Translations under genes and position numbers: made by a program
IMG/VR virus record: IMGVR_UViG_3300049914_000251
Span: 49,819 to 113,818 of that record
From: a virus
Direction: 5' to 3' (one strand)
DNA length: 64,000 nucleotides
In this document: positions 18,001-26,623 of the stretch, in pieces
Position numbering within the stretch: the first letter of the stretch is position 1
Layout: every line of letters starts with the position of its first letter
The notes under the pieces: model-generated
Database searches by the model: none
What the model saw: the letters and a program-made list of their open reading frames with translations, nothing else
What the model was told of the DNA's origin: nothing

Positions 18001-18787
18001 CGGCAGTGGGTAAACTGTTAGCCGCTATTGAACCAGAGGTTATTTCTACTCCCGGACTTCCCGCATTATCCGCATTAAAACTGACTATAAAATCTCCTGT
18101 AAGAGAAGTCGTCCGCCAGGCTCTCAACAATACAGAACCGATGACAATACTTACCGCAGCGGTATACGGAAAAGCAAACCACTTACCATCATTAAAATCT
18201 TGCTGTACCGTAATATCCGTTTGAACTTTTATCGCGGTATACTTTTTCTTATCCTTAACGATCAGCCCTTTCAGTGTTCCGCCAGTAGGAAAAACTGAAT
18301 AAGCATATGACTCATCTAAATTAACGTCACCTTCATACCCTTCAGATACTGCGGCATAGCACACAGAGGATGCGTCAGCTAACACCTTAGAAAAGTACAC
18401 ACTTCGATTATCGGCGCCGCTATCAAACTGTAAATACCACCGGTGCTGCCTGTCCTGTGGAGTTGACCATGTGATCTTAACATATACTAAATCTCCCCTC
18501 ACAACAGCCACCGTATCAACCAAATTTGAGGCTGAAGACGCGGGCCCTACTATAGTGGCAGTTAACGAAGTAGCAACCCCATTCTTATAGACGGTATACG
18601 TGCAACTGGAACCGGCTGGACATGCTACAGACATACTAACCACGAAACCGGACAAAACCCCAGCATCTGACATCAGACTGTAAACGTCATTAGCTAAATA
18701 CGTAGAAATGTAGCAACCAGATACAGGGCCCCACGCATTATAGGCCCCTACCCAGTTATAATCCACATGCAGAAACGGTTGCCTCAT
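12011..18787 (-). CDS. Giant mosaic tail-tip/adhesin protein (jelly-roll repeats, divergent InlB B-repeats, embedded Dit-like domain, propeller-like region, C-terminal FN3)
   Basis: Last in tail module; WTGD...ITM..DYSI.ANF repeats; LHGLAPGTLY and YYFRAWSY FN3 motifs. Confidence 0.75.
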   Translation of the reverse strand: MRQPFLHVDYNWVGAYNAWGPVSGCYISTYLANDVYSLMSDAGVLSGFVVSMSVACPAGSSCTYTVYKNGVATSLTATIVGPASSASNLVDTVAVVRGDLVYVKITWSTPQDRQHRWYLQFDSGADNRSVYFSKVLADASSVCYAAVSEGYEGDVNLDESYAYSVFPTGGTLKGLIVKDKKKYTAIKVQTDITVQQDFNDGKWFAFPYTAAVSIVIGSVLLRAWRTTSLTGDFIVSFNADNAGSPGVEITSGSIAANSLPTADNVDTTITFDDEIQVVSGTTYWVVFRIPSELVEIASVWGTAVAVDGAVESLDSGGTWNPIMVTSAVEQVRESYTTGDNTSSIVGTALNYQRMQSITPLVSHTAWWAKVRIYRVGTPDTLTVYVYATDGAGKPTGDPLAYGDMDASGITTNSAGAWYTMLLYDWVTSNPGVALVAGVKYAIVLSENLESNSDYILWRVDSVGATYAGGQGGYSTDYGASWTLNAADYDFMFSEGDYVVSPYNFRFYLFGRGPGVGSSYTFTVRVNGVDTGLSCVVSDYEDSAEDLVNTVVVAQGDLVTISVTPAGSPVPSYYCLALQFDSTVDFESCLFSGDLDPYAMYGWEQEFHPICGSCDGEGYEPWMEQPMAPQAGSKFILKNLSAYVTVPPGVGKSRSFYLRSGEADAGPVVTISDAGQYGCDAVNVYLVDVEKFLDIRKVNANFPDATGLKFSMLVTVPITRNLTVTAGTGGTVTVPGIGVFSYDEGTVVDLLAVVNVAHYYPGLSIPNLGIWTGDIGTLADPDCAATQIVMSADYSIMANFVEKYLLQAKVSDSYTGNILSPPCGEDFRTYEEYDPAVELSRTQDRITFSTSVGSEVYAVFDKGVDYINLSGDFEFLADVRITGGDGLLTPFLLAKLKSTWGGLVVDDFVGVQISVLAGTVTFNVELYNEVCDGPILVGGTAALSTAPLTMYLRFWYDSFRYEHGMFYCDNYASAADRATESNRLARATLTDAPFWSHGPLRYLYGLNLSGAVSGYVENLVWVGHSEAFQNLSAVVPIEASANTSLWKEWLGDVSQVADPTLISTVITMLDDYDIEAFLKVYVDFLTPSQGHVVIPGEGVFVYDAGSVVSAEAEAVANFEFDYWTLSFANLIPQKESTSYPSGVFETDQFLSSKITNPTDITVKTNLTLSAVYRVIGAPMPPELFTRIRIDDGVDGGSWFYLPSSSLMVQIKRYPVQLAFPNHNVALLDLGMAADNLIVRGVTNELDRSISADWSQFITKDQLAEVVRAWGGSVDVLAKTGFPRVRVPIAYYLVLGNGDVVISPSPSYPGGNLWAMWCDFWHGQFGNCRMTHNAGNRGAFNFDFSFKVCKKTQGFVIINPVVAPVFILNVESCSGVFAVDDLVVTYSLYTHDYPAVLPYQLVRLEALETGDYTFDHWTGDVPADANALDSSFYVTMDKSRDLEAFSKVAWVNADGGPYTPAAVQANVDNIAYNGSRKLCRTPQGRLWFVFAGSDGRIYAAYNDDKGLSAFPSWLPSPTGWIVEQASYTEDGGGLSQPCCACDSYGGLYVAWNNDETYVEYRYRSELGVWNSWHGLPTSISLPVGQYAWWIEQAGVWDVSISVNSLSQMVMVASAPRVLPVPPIYQQLWVLYGGSGGWIDAYRWGGVGDATKGSVVVGLSNSIHIAYDSQRYHPPDPYTQDIYCGDDNVSMKGVYVDKQTNPCVAVDPSGYPAVVWQGKGWGLLPLKSRVMYRRKGPSGWEPIINLYEDTFWGVDWPYAGDHYSPSIAVDKNGVTHIAWEWDDGTTKRVLLQSCTQKVDEIWEWSTDMATGTPSAYYSLHDNKAVGQTLQPGWLSVTCIDIYAASTGTGTAVFEMWDVSSGGIPTGSSPIFSYVIPDLAFAVSGPQWIGVWFPVTPSPLLDGDTVYAFTIRGTGVGAGNAIRVYYAVDSTNPGHLVYWDGDPMLPWTADDTKDTLFKVGSGNAITGWSEIERYWVGGNIDSDDTFTPSLMHQYWPLKCAFSQNTLPDRAFVFKGTDWVSGLPSIGFNAWESEADMVVTLSPSDITAHQVEVWGAPTNYTKISLGHNLFDSAGFAYSSGEFSWPVQRPREHRLDPSAAGFHSIVNAWGAICQEGEPFSATLHGLAPGTLYNCVAFAKDASFGTGTYWGNPRHFLTAPGPPTGFAVTEVVPGKVKMDWKNTILTEFTPWTMIRYKTTGYPTSPTDGILAYFGPLETVTLYLNTTIHYYFRAWSYISWEYLSGYSVDYVSGVYYNAIPLPHITF

Positions 18788-18804
18788 CGAATCAAACCCC
18801 CATA

Positions 18805-18839
18805 ATTACAAAGGGCACCTCTTACAAACAGGGTGCCCT
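18805..18839 (-). terminator. Putative intrinsic terminator or processing hairpin
   Basis: AGGGCACC/GGTGCCCT stem followed by TTGTAATT. Confidence 0.45.
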
Positions 18840-18864
18840 CACAATTCACCATTGAACCTCCAGT

Positions 18865-19260
18865 CTACGGAGTATGTATCTTTAATACCACCTTAAACGT
18901 CAGCTCAAACTTCTGTACCTCGCCTGTAGCTGCCTCATAATCAAATTTAATGCCTCCAAACAGCCCTGAATAAGTATCATGAGCAGTCTCCTGCAATACA
19001 GGATATCCTGACTTGTTCATAATATCAACGTTACTTCCCCACGACCGCACAGCATCCTCTAACTGACTTTTAGTAGGCCCATTGATTTCATCCGTAATAC
19101 CCTGTAGGGTTATAATTTCCAAACAAGATCCCAGATCCAATGCCATTACTCTTCTAAAGGGTAGGGGAATTTGAACAGGAGACCTCTTCAAACTATGAAC
19201 GAGCCTGTCTACCATCAAAGTATACGTAACACTAGAACCATCAGTTATTTTTATCCTCAC
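18865..19260 (-). CDS. Putative distal tail (Dit/tube-fold) protein
   Basis: Position after TMP and hub; ITLQG...FELTFKV pattern. Confidence 0.55.
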   Translation of the reverse strand: MRIKITDGSSVTYTLMVDRLVHSLKRSPVQIPLPFRRVMALDLGSCLEIITLQGITDEINGPTKSQLEDAVRSWGSNVDIMNKSGYPVLQETAHDTYSGLFGGIKFDYEAATGEVQKFELTFKVVLKIHTP

Positions 19261-19262
19261 GC

Positions 19263-21578
19263 CTATCTCCCAGCGACCGTTGTAGTCTCTGACTGTATCA
19301 TTTGCTCAGTCACAGCCCCTAATTTAGCTACTATGTCCCTTGCAAAACCATAACCACCACCTGTAGGCAGATGCTCCATTATAGTTATAACAGACATTGC
19401 TGGAGGTTCCTGATAATCAATACTCACTACGACACCTTCCATACTCCCCTTAACCGAAAGAACAGTTCCGTCCGGACTAGCCGTTGACGCCATAGCACCA
19501 GTCGGATCCGGAAAAAATACCTTCACTTTCATGGCCGCCCTTAAGGGCTTATTCTCATACCATATAATACTACCATTGGAAACAGGGGACTTACATTGAG
19601 GATACCCAGCCACCGTTATCTCAGCCGTCCATAAAGATTCAGAAGCTTTAAACTCGGCATCTCTCCTTAAAATAGCATCATTCTTATTATTAATGGCAGG
19701 ATCATACACTACCTTTTCACGTACTGCCTGAAGTGTTTCCTCTAAAGTTGGATCTGTAGCCTCATCAGCGCCATCCTTACCGCTACTGTCAGTTACATCC
19801 CAAAGCGGATCAGATGTATGCACCGTTACTTTAGTAAGACGTTCCCCTTGATACTTACAGAATTTTGCTGTAGAAGCATCGTACTGTATTTGCATCGGCA
19901 TATGATGCAAATCAGATTCATTAGGATGAAATTCCACATTAGATTCCAAAGAACCTCTCTTAAAATACCTGAACGTAGCTTGAGCATGTCTAACGCGCAA
20001 AACACCCGGAACCGGAGGCCCATACACTCCCGGAGGCAGCACTTCATCAGGCAACCAAGCGCCCGGCACGACACCATCCTCGACAAAGAAATCATACCCG
20101 GAACCTACTCCACTATTTGGAGCCGGTGCAGTTTGCTGTGTAAATGATTTGGCCTCATCCAACTTATATTTATTATATAAAATACCCGCCCAACCATAGC
20201 TAGTAGTACGATACATTGGATGTTCATCTAGCCAAGCATTAAACGATAACAAAGTATCGGGCACCATATAATAAGCTGTACCTGTCCACGTAAAGATCCA
20301 CGGATCTTCTGCTGCTAATTTAGTAGCTATTTGAAATACCGAATCAGAACTTCCTGAATAATCATTACCATACAGCCCATCATTAATAGGAAAAGGCTGC
20401 ACTGACCGATTTGGAACATAAAACGCCAGATCTGCAAACTTATCCGCAGATGGGGTCTTAGCATAAGTGCTAACATTATAACCAAAACCCCCTTGAGAAA
20501 AAAGAACCGCATCCTTGGCACTACCCAATATCATAAGCTGAATAAGATCCGACCTTCCATATTTAACAGACTCGGTAACTAACCCTGGAATAGGAGGATA
20601 AACATATGTAGAATCGCCCATTGCCGGTAACGTAGGAGTTCCTGTTGCAGTAGCGTACACACGATAATCATGACCTCCGCCGCTGTTTTGAAGAATCTTC
20701 ATCAAATCATAAACCACCAACTTAACATACTGCCCCTCATCGCCTGCCGGATAAGTTTCCTTACTATCAAGCCTCCCTAAAAACATTACGTGCCTAGTAC
20801 GCGGGTCCACCAGACAAATTCGCATTGGAAAAGTATCTGAATATTTAATAGAGACAAGCTCTTTAGGATTACCAACTACCAGCTCTACCACACGAACCCG
20901 ACCAGCCATGCTATCTGTCAACCGCAAAGACCTTTTGTTCACTTCTTGAATCCACTTACCGGGTAAATCAACACCAGGAGTGGTCACTGTCATATCATGC
21001 GCTGCATTACCCTTATAATCAGCCTCATTCTCATAATACATCAGCATTCCCGAGAACGGAGGCATGAACGTACCTAAGTCCTCTTTGAACGCAGACAAAA
21101 ACACTAGGGTAAATTTACAGTATTCATCACGACCACTTTCCCTTTCAAGAGTTAAGCTGTCAAACAAACCACGATAAGCTATGTACCCATCTACCCGCTT
21201 TTCTGTAAGAGTACACAACCTCTCAGGCAACATCCCAGCTGTAACAAAACCAACCCACCACGTACGAACGGCGGTCTCCAAATCATTAACTGAAGGCTCT
21301 CCCGTCCCCGGTGAAGTATAGTATATCACTCCAGTCACTATGATAGCTTCGGTCACCTGAAGCCAGTCCACTATCAGAGTATTAGGAAGCCCATAAGTAG
21401 CCAGATCAGTAGGATCCGTTCCTCCAGGCAAAGGAAGTTGAGCATTCAACCGATTAATCTCATGATGAAATACGTTACAACGCAACAAATAAGACTGATA
21501 GCCTGTGAAACTGCCAGTCTCCAGAATATCACGCATGCCATTATCTATCATGACTTCGATATCTTCATTAGCGCCCAT
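19263..21578 (-). CDS. Tail tip/baseplate hub protein with N-terminal Dit-like domain
   Basis: Directly after TMP; MFLGRLDS...VKLVVYD hub-like strands. Confidence 0.6.
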   Translation of the reverse strand: MGANEDIEVMIDNGMRDILETGSFTGYQSYLLRCNVFHHEINRLNAQLPLPGGTDPTDLATYGLPNTLIVDWLQVTEAIIVTGVIYYTSPGTGEPSVNDLETAVRTWWVGFVTAGMLPERLCTLTEKRVDGYIAYRGLFDSLTLERESGRDEYCKFTLVFLSAFKEDLGTFMPPFSGMLMYYENEADYKGNAAHDMTVTTPGVDLPGKWIQEVNKRSLRLTDSMAGRVRVVELVVGNPKELVSIKYSDTFPMRICLVDPRTRHVMFLGRLDSKETYPAGDEGQYVKLVVYDLMKILQNSGGGHDYRVYATATGTPTLPAMGDSTYVYPPIPGLVTESVKYGRSDLIQLMILGSAKDAVLFSQGGFGYNVSTYAKTPSADKFADLAFYVPNRSVQPFPINDGLYGNDYSGSSDSVFQIATKLAAEDPWIFTWTGTAYYMVPDTLLSFNAWLDEHPMYRTTSYGWAGILYNKYKLDEAKSFTQQTAPAPNSGVGSGYDFFVEDGVVPGAWLPDEVLPPGVYGPPVPGVLRVRHAQATFRYFKRGSLESNVEFHPNESDLHHMPMQIQYDASTAKFCKYQGERLTKVTVHTSDPLWDVTDSSGKDGADEATDPTLEETLQAVREKVVYDPAINNKNDAILRRDAEFKASESLWTAEITVAGYPQCKSPVSNGSIIWYENKPLRAAMKVKVFFPDPTGAMASTASPDGTVLSVKGSMEGVVVSIDYQEPPAMSVITIMEHLPTGGGYGFARDIVAKLGAVTEQMIQSETTTVAGR

Positions 21579-21583
21579 CGCCC

Positions 21584-22723
21584 TTACCTACCTCTCATAA
21601 AATCTCTGGTCAACTGCTTATTATAATCATTAAAAGCTCTGGACATAGAACTCTGATCAACCTTCTCACGCAACGGTACATTGAACGTTATATTCTGATT
21701 AAACACAGCACTCCTACCAGTTCCGCCTTGACCCTTCTGCAAAGCATAGCTCATAGCTTGTTCCAATGGAGAAGGAGAATGATGCTTAGTTAAAAGGCCA
21801 GCTATTAAACCTGCGATACCACCTATGAATGCCCCGCCCCAGCCAAATATACCCCCTGCTAACGCCCCAGCACCAGCCATTTCAGCAATACCCATTGCCC
21901 CGCCAGTTTTATACCCCTGATACCCCAAAGCAGTAGCTCCCCCTAATCTCAGCAAATTACCAGCCTGTCCACCTATAGCACCTATCCGCGTTGTAGCCGC
22001 ACCAAGAGGCGCGCCAACAGCCCCAGCTATACCTCCTTGAGCTATCATAGGAAGTGCTGCCTTAACCCCAACCATTATGCTTAACCTAGATATGGCTGCT
22101 GTAAGAAGAGCCAACGTTACAGCTAAAGATGCGAAGGCTGTCGGAGACTTGAAAGCACCTACAACCAAATCCTTAATCATCCCTAACCACTTCTCAGGAT
22201 GTAATATATTAGCTAGAAGGTTCCAAATCTTTTTAAGGTCTTCCCACACCCCCATGAATATGTCTTTAGCACGAGTTAAAAGACGCTGGATATCTTTTGA
22301 CATTAACCACTGAAGAAGATACATAAAACCCATCATGAATAAATTTATCACCGGTAAAAAAGGAACTAATATTGTATCTGCAGCAGCTCCGATTATCTTA
22401 GTAAAAGCACTGGTATACGTCTTAAGAATACCACTATTCTGAGCCATAGTGTATACAAGACCAGCGATAGTGCCTATTTTAGCTAACGGAATAACATTCT
22501 TCAATATTTCAGAATGCCGTTGCTTCGTCTTCTGTTCCTTCTGTTTTTCCTTTGTAGTTTCCCCCGGCTGCTGATTTCCAGCGGCCGTAGTCCCAGCAGC
22601 TCCACCAGCAGCTCCACCAGCAGCTCCGCCTCCAATAGCTTTCAGCTTCTGCTCGATGTCTGACGTATCAGCTATAAACTTAATCCTAACTTCCGTCTGT
22701 TCCGGATATCCCTCAGCCATCAA
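21584..22723 (-). CDS. Tape measure protein (short, 379 aa)
   Basis: After the G/GT chaperones; Ala/Gly-rich helical with hydrophobic segments; NQNITFNV C-terminus. Confidence 0.7.
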   Translation of the reverse strand: MMAEGYPEQTEVRIKFIADTSDIEQKLKAIGGGAAGGAAGGAAGTTAAGNQQPGETTKEKQKEQKTKQRHSEILKNVIPLAKIGTIAGLVYTMAQNSGILKTYTSAFTKIIGAAADTILVPFLPVINLFMMGFMYLLQWLMSKDIQRLLTRAKDIFMGVWEDLKKIWNLLANILHPEKWLGMIKDLVVGAFKSPTAFASLAVTLALLTAAISRLSIMVGVKAALPMIAQGGIAGAVGAPLGAATTRIGAIGGQAGNLLRLGGATALGYQGYKTGGAMGIAEMAGAGALAGGIFGWGGAFIGGIAGLIAGLLTKHHSPSPLEQAMSYALQKGQGGTGRSAVFNQNITFNVPLREKVDQSSMSRAFNDYNKQLTRDFMRGR

Positions 22724-22729
22724 CGCTCC

Positions 22730-22939
22730 TTAAATAGAAGGCTGCTGTCTGCTTAAAATCTCTTCAAGCAGCTCGGCAGCCGCTACACGTTCCATAATTT
22801 CATTTTCGTCCATGTCCTTAAGATCAGCCCACGGTATACCGAGTAACTGTAATCTGGTCTCCAGGAAGATCATGTATGACAAAACATCCTGCGGAGACTC
22901 CAGTGTACCTTTTTCTAGGATGTTTCTTAATCTTTTTTT
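22730..22939 (-). CDS. Tail assembly chaperone GT extension (-1 frame; not in ORF track)
   Basis: After A AAA AAA the -1 frame reads RLRNILEKG...LGIPWADLKDMDENEIMER...QQPSI and stops just before the TMP SD. Confidence 0.8.
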   Translation of the reverse strand, partial: KKRLRNILEKGTLESPQDVLSYMIFLETRLQLLGIPWADLKDMDENEIMERVAAAELLEEILSRQQPSI

Positions 22940-23301
22940 AACTGTTCAACGCTTATCTGCGGGAACGGATTAGGCACCAGCCGTTCCACCAGTTCACCGA
23001 ACTCCGCATCCATCCCAGCAAACATGATATCATCCACTTCAAACGGGGCCTTCACTATAACAGCCTTCAGCACCATCTTATAATACACGTCCCAGTTAAA
23101 CTCCGCTGTCCCATCAGAGTTGAACTTCAAGGCCGCTGACAATGCCTTTTTCTTAGCGGTCCATCCCAGACCGCGCCTGAGTATCTTGCAGACCTTGTCC
23201 TTCCAGATGATCTCTTCAAGCCACGGATCCATGCGCGCCATTATCTCACTGGGTTTCAAGTCCTCTAACTTCACTTCCGCTACTTTACCTTCCTCAGCCA
23301 T
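22927..23301 (-). CDS. Tail assembly chaperone G
   Basis: Between tail tube and TMP; ends TTA AAA AAA GAT TAA. Confidence 0.8.
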   Translation of the reverse strand: MAEEGKVAEVKLEDLKPSEIMARMDPWLEEIIWKDKVCKILRRGLGWTAKKKALSAALKFNSDGTAEFNWDVYYKMVLKAVIVKAPFEVDDIMFAGMDAEFGELVERLVPNPFPQISVEQLKKD

Positions 23302-23320
23302 TTTGGCCTCCTTTCACAAC

Positions 23321-24421
23321 TTATGTGTTGTATGTACCGTAGGTATCCATTGACTTTATAGTTATAGTCGGAACTTCCACCTCAACGTCTATCGGAATCA
23401 GTGGAGTATCGACGCTTTTAGTAGGAGCCTTTTTCAAAAAACACCCTGGATTGATCACTGTTGGAGTATCTGGTCCCAGCTGAATCTTAATGTAATCAGT
23501 AGAAGAACCTGCCCGATAAAAGTTCAGATACCCCATAAACCCGTTATAAATACCGCTTGGTGTCGCAAAAGTACCTTTTCCCTTCATCATCAAAGCGCGC
23601 CACAAGTCCAACCCTGTCACATTTATCGTAGCTGTACACGCAAAACCAGTCCTATGCTCCACTATACTATACGGATAAGGCTCTGTTGTGCCTCTCTGTA
23701 TAAAATATTGCGGTTCAAGACCATTCGACATAACAAGATTAACCCTTTTAACCTGAGCGAACTCCACGCCGAACAATGATAATACGCCCTCATGAAAAAG
23801 GTACGGTTGATAAGCATACGGATCTACGTGATTCGAAGTAAAAGGACTGCAGTACCTAGTTGGATAATTTGTATACAGCTTATAACCGGTGTCATCATGC
23901 AACACGTTCTGACAAAGAATTTCCTCCAGACTCAACTGCATACGACCACCTTCCTCACAAACTAAAGAAGCCCTGTTAACCTTACACCCTAAATACCTGC
24001 GCATCAAAACCTTTCCCGTAGAAGAAACAGTCCCATCGGCAGTTTCATCCCAGTCACTGACCTCCCAAGTAAATGACGGCAGAGTATTAGCCACGGTCAT
24101 AACATTCTCAGCGCCTGCACCTGCGCTTACACACCCTCCCAGAATGTACTTAAATATCTGAGCTTGCTGTACCCATACATCAGGAATAGATCCAGCGTAC
24201 ACTTCCTTAGCATCCCCCGGCATGAACTTCCAATCACGACCTTCCCCTGCAATCCACTGAGGCTCATACTGATAATCAGGATCCGGACAAATTGCGCCAT
24301 GAGTAATTCCAAACCTTCTCCACGTCAAAGCGGCTCCACCGCCCGTAGATCCACTCTCATACCCAAAAGAGTTTTCGGTTTTATACAATAACCTGGTTCG
24401 TTCACCTCTAACAACAGTCAT
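23321..24421 (-). CDS. Major tail tube protein
   Basis: LLY..E.SFG, LPSFTWEV, YLGCKVN.ASL, PYLFH; synteny. Confidence 0.75.
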   Translation of the reverse strand: MTVVRGERTRLLYKTENSFGYESGSTGGGAALTWRRFGITHGAICPDPDYQYEPQWIAGEGRDWKFMPGDAKEVYAGSIPDVWVQQAQIFKYILGGCVSAGAGAENVMTVANTLPSFTWEVSDWDETADGTVSSTGKVLMRRYLGCKVNRASLVCEEGGRMQLSLEEILCQNVLHDDTGYKLYTNYPTRYCSPFTSNHVDPYAYQPYLFHEGVLSLFGVEFAQVKRVNLVMSNGLEPQYFIQRGTTEPYPYSIVEHRTGFACTATINVTGLDLWRALMMKGKGTFATPSGIYNGFMGYLNFYRAGSSTDYIKIQLGPDTPTVINPGCFLKKAPTKSVDTPLIPIDVEVEVPTITIKSMDTYGTYNT

Positions 24422-24433
24422 GATGCCCTCCGT

Positions 24434-24898
24434 TTAATCACTATCGGCTGGCTTGCCATCTGCGCTTAGCTCAATAGTCACAGTTCCCGTCCAATACCGC
24501 ATCGTCGGTACGTTACTTTCCCCAAACCCCAAATAAGTTATCAGTTGATAAGGAGGATACAGGGCAAACTTATTCTTGAACAGGATACGCCTCATCTCAG
24601 CCTTCAAATCCTGCATACGTTGCCTGCCCTGACATGTATGAATTATCAAAGCCACTCTGTGCCGATAGTCTATATATTCTTTAGCATGACCTTCCCATTG
24701 CTGTGTTTCCGCAGGAGAACCATATCTGATTTCAATAAGGTCATTATTTTTTAGCTGATTTGGTTGGGTCCGTGCAATTTCATTCCAGATACCGAACTTA
24801 GGTTTTGGAATTTGATCAGAATGGGTATCCCATTCAGTATCGAGCAAATCCTTCACCGTAGAAAGAACATCGGTTTCAGCCGTATATGTGCTTGTCAT
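24434..24898 (-). CDS. Putative tail terminator/completion protein
   Basis: Size and position before tube gene. Confidence 0.55.
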   Translation of the reverse strand: MTSTYTAETDVLSTVKDLLDTEWDTHSDQIPKPKFGIWNEIARTQPNQLKNNDLIEIRYGSPAETQQWEGHAKEYIDYRHRVALIIHTCQGRQRMQDLKAEMRRILFKNKFALYPPYQLITYLGFGESNVPTMRYWTGTVTIELSADGKPADSD

Positions 24899-24906
24899 AC
24901 TTCCTC

Positions 24907-25635
24907 TTAGAACATAACTAAGGCTTGTAATTGGTCAAGGTCCTTCTCATTCTGTTCCTGCCAATATGCTACCTTTTCAGGAGAAGGCACACCATTCATT
25001 CCCGTAGGAAATATCTTAGTGTAATCGGCTGACACTACCAACCCAATAGCCGTCATCCTGATACAAAGTTCCTTCACCATTAAAGCATAATCATCAGCCT
25101 GTATTCCGTTTACCGTATCATCTTCCATGCATGAACCCCAGATGTACGATATCTTTATAGCCTTCTGATACTGCGGGAACTTTCTCATACGGTACTTCAT
25201 ATGGCCCCACGGATACCAGATATTACCCACAAAATATATCTGAGCCATCTCATAATCCACCCAATAATTACCGGATTGCCTGTCATTTGTCAACTCCATC
25301 CAGCCATCTTGCCATAGTGACAGGCTAATAACTGCCCTGATGGGCCTGTGCCTGCACGTAAACCCATACAGGCTATAATCATGTGTCTCATTTAACTGAA
25401 TACGAGGACGCCAAGCCCGCCTGGTCTCCTTATCTATAGTGTCCTCATTAGCCTTTATCCTTTTCTCTATGTACAACCAACCAAACGATCCGGAATTAGA
25501 ATCCGGCATATCAACTTGCAGAAAATCGCATACTTCCTGTACGGTACAGTAAACCGGCGCGATATATGGCCTCACGCCTGTTAACTTATCAGTAACCCCA
25601 ACACTATCCGTGATAGTAACTGCATAATCCGTCAC
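24907..25635 (-). CDS. Head-tail adaptor (gp6/gp15-like)
   Basis: YCTVQEV.DFL...E..ID.ETRRAW...RPI..V...IKISYIWG. Confidence 0.7.
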   Translation of the reverse strand: MTDYAVTITDSVGVTDKLTGVRPYIAPVYCTVQEVCDFLQVDMPDSNSGSFGWLYIEKRIKANEDTIDKETRRAWRPRIQLNETHDYSLYGFTCRHRPIRAVISLSLWQDGWMELTNDRQSGNYWVDYEMAQIYFVGNIWYPWGHMKYRMRKFPQYQKAIKISYIWGSCMEDDTVNGIQADDYALMVKELCIRMTAIGLVVSADYTKIFPTGMNGVPSPEKVAYWQEQNEKDLDQLQALVMF

Positions 25636-25680
25636 GTAGCCACCTATACCTCAACAGACCCTCGCAGATGCTAAAGCCTA

Positions 25681-26241
25681 CTAGGCACCCAGAATTGTTA
25701 TTTCCCAAGTGACTGCCAGGGTGTCCAGCAACCCTACGTTAACTGTAGGAGTAACCTGAGCATACGCCATACAGTCTCCGACACTGTGAGTTGCGCTATT
25801 CACCAGTGCTGCCTCGTTAATTCCGGTAACATTCAACAGACCAGCAGTGAACGTGGCTTTATACGTAATCACATTATCATACGCAGCTGCCCATGCGCCC
25901 TTCAATTTCGGGTACGTAGCATCCATAATTCGCGGTACTCCCGTAACTGTAACTACCGCAGTTATGCCTTTTGTAGTAGCTGCATATCCGGTGCCTACCT
26001 CGATCCACGCATGAGTATTATCGAGCTTAGTTCTTGCCGGAGTCATGGCCAGACAATCGGCGATCAAAGCATCTCCCTGATCGACTACCATGTTGCACAT
26101 GACCGACTTCTGCTTTAACCTACCATCAGGCCCAAAGACCTCAAAGGTCAGCTTACCAGTCACTAAAGCCCTGCTTGCCAAATCCGCAGTCTTTATCCTC
26201 TTCGCAAGCTCCATTGCCAAAATTTCTCTAAAGGTTTGCAT
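25681..26241 (-). CDS. Virion structural protein (collar/fibre-base-like)
   Basis: NMVV..G...IEVGTG...ATF.AG...INEAAL...DTLAVTWEIT. Confidence 0.6.
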   Translation of the reverse strand: MQTFREILAMELAKRIKTADLASRALVTGKLTFEVFGPDGRLKQKSVMCNMVVDQGDALIADCLAMTPARTKLDNTHAWIEVGTGYAATTKGITAVVTVTGVPRIMDATYPKLKGAWAAAYDNVITYKATFTAGLLNVTGINEAALVNSATHSVGDCMAYAQVTPTVNVGLLDTLAVTWEITILGA

Positions 26242-26272
26242 ACCAGTCCTCCTTACACCTTACAAGATGTAA

Positions 26273-26623
26273 TTATATCTGACAGTGAATAGTACAATAT
26301 CTTTCGAATGTCTTTCCAGCAGGAGCACCTCCGCTGGTATAGATAACTGCACTCACCTCTACCCTGTAGGTATTACCTGCTGTAAACTCGTAAAATCCCT
26401 GAGTCACCTTAGTACCAATTATAGAAGCACTCCCATTCTTTATTGTGGTAGATACATCCTCATCAGTTGGGATAAGATACACCACTACAGATGCAGAATG
26501 CACCACCTCTCCGGTCGAAAGTATTGGAGCGAAATCAAACTGCGGCCTAATAATATCATCGGCAGAAACACTTAAAGGAGATCCCACAAACTCCAACAGT
26601 TGCCGCTCACTAACTAGATTCAT
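26273..26623 (-). CDS. Putative fibre adaptor protein
   Basis: FDFAPIL..GE.V.SA.V...TAGNTYRV pattern; position. Confidence 0.5.
   Translation of the reverse strand: MNLVSERQLLEFVGSPLSVSADDIIRPQFDFAPILSTGEVVHSASVVVYLIPTDEDVSTTIKNGSASIIGTKVTQGFYEFTAGNTYRVEVSAVIYTSGGAPAGKTFERYCTIHCQI

Noticed and set aside
11453-18787. Diversity-generating retroelement or invertase shufflon acting on the adhesin
   Set aside because: No reverse transcriptase, recombinase, adenine-specific TR/VR pair or inverted cassettes seen in this window.
23321-24421. Contractile tail sheath
   Set aside because: Motifs and the adjacent G/GT-TMP order fit a tube protein; no sheath or wedge genes recognised.
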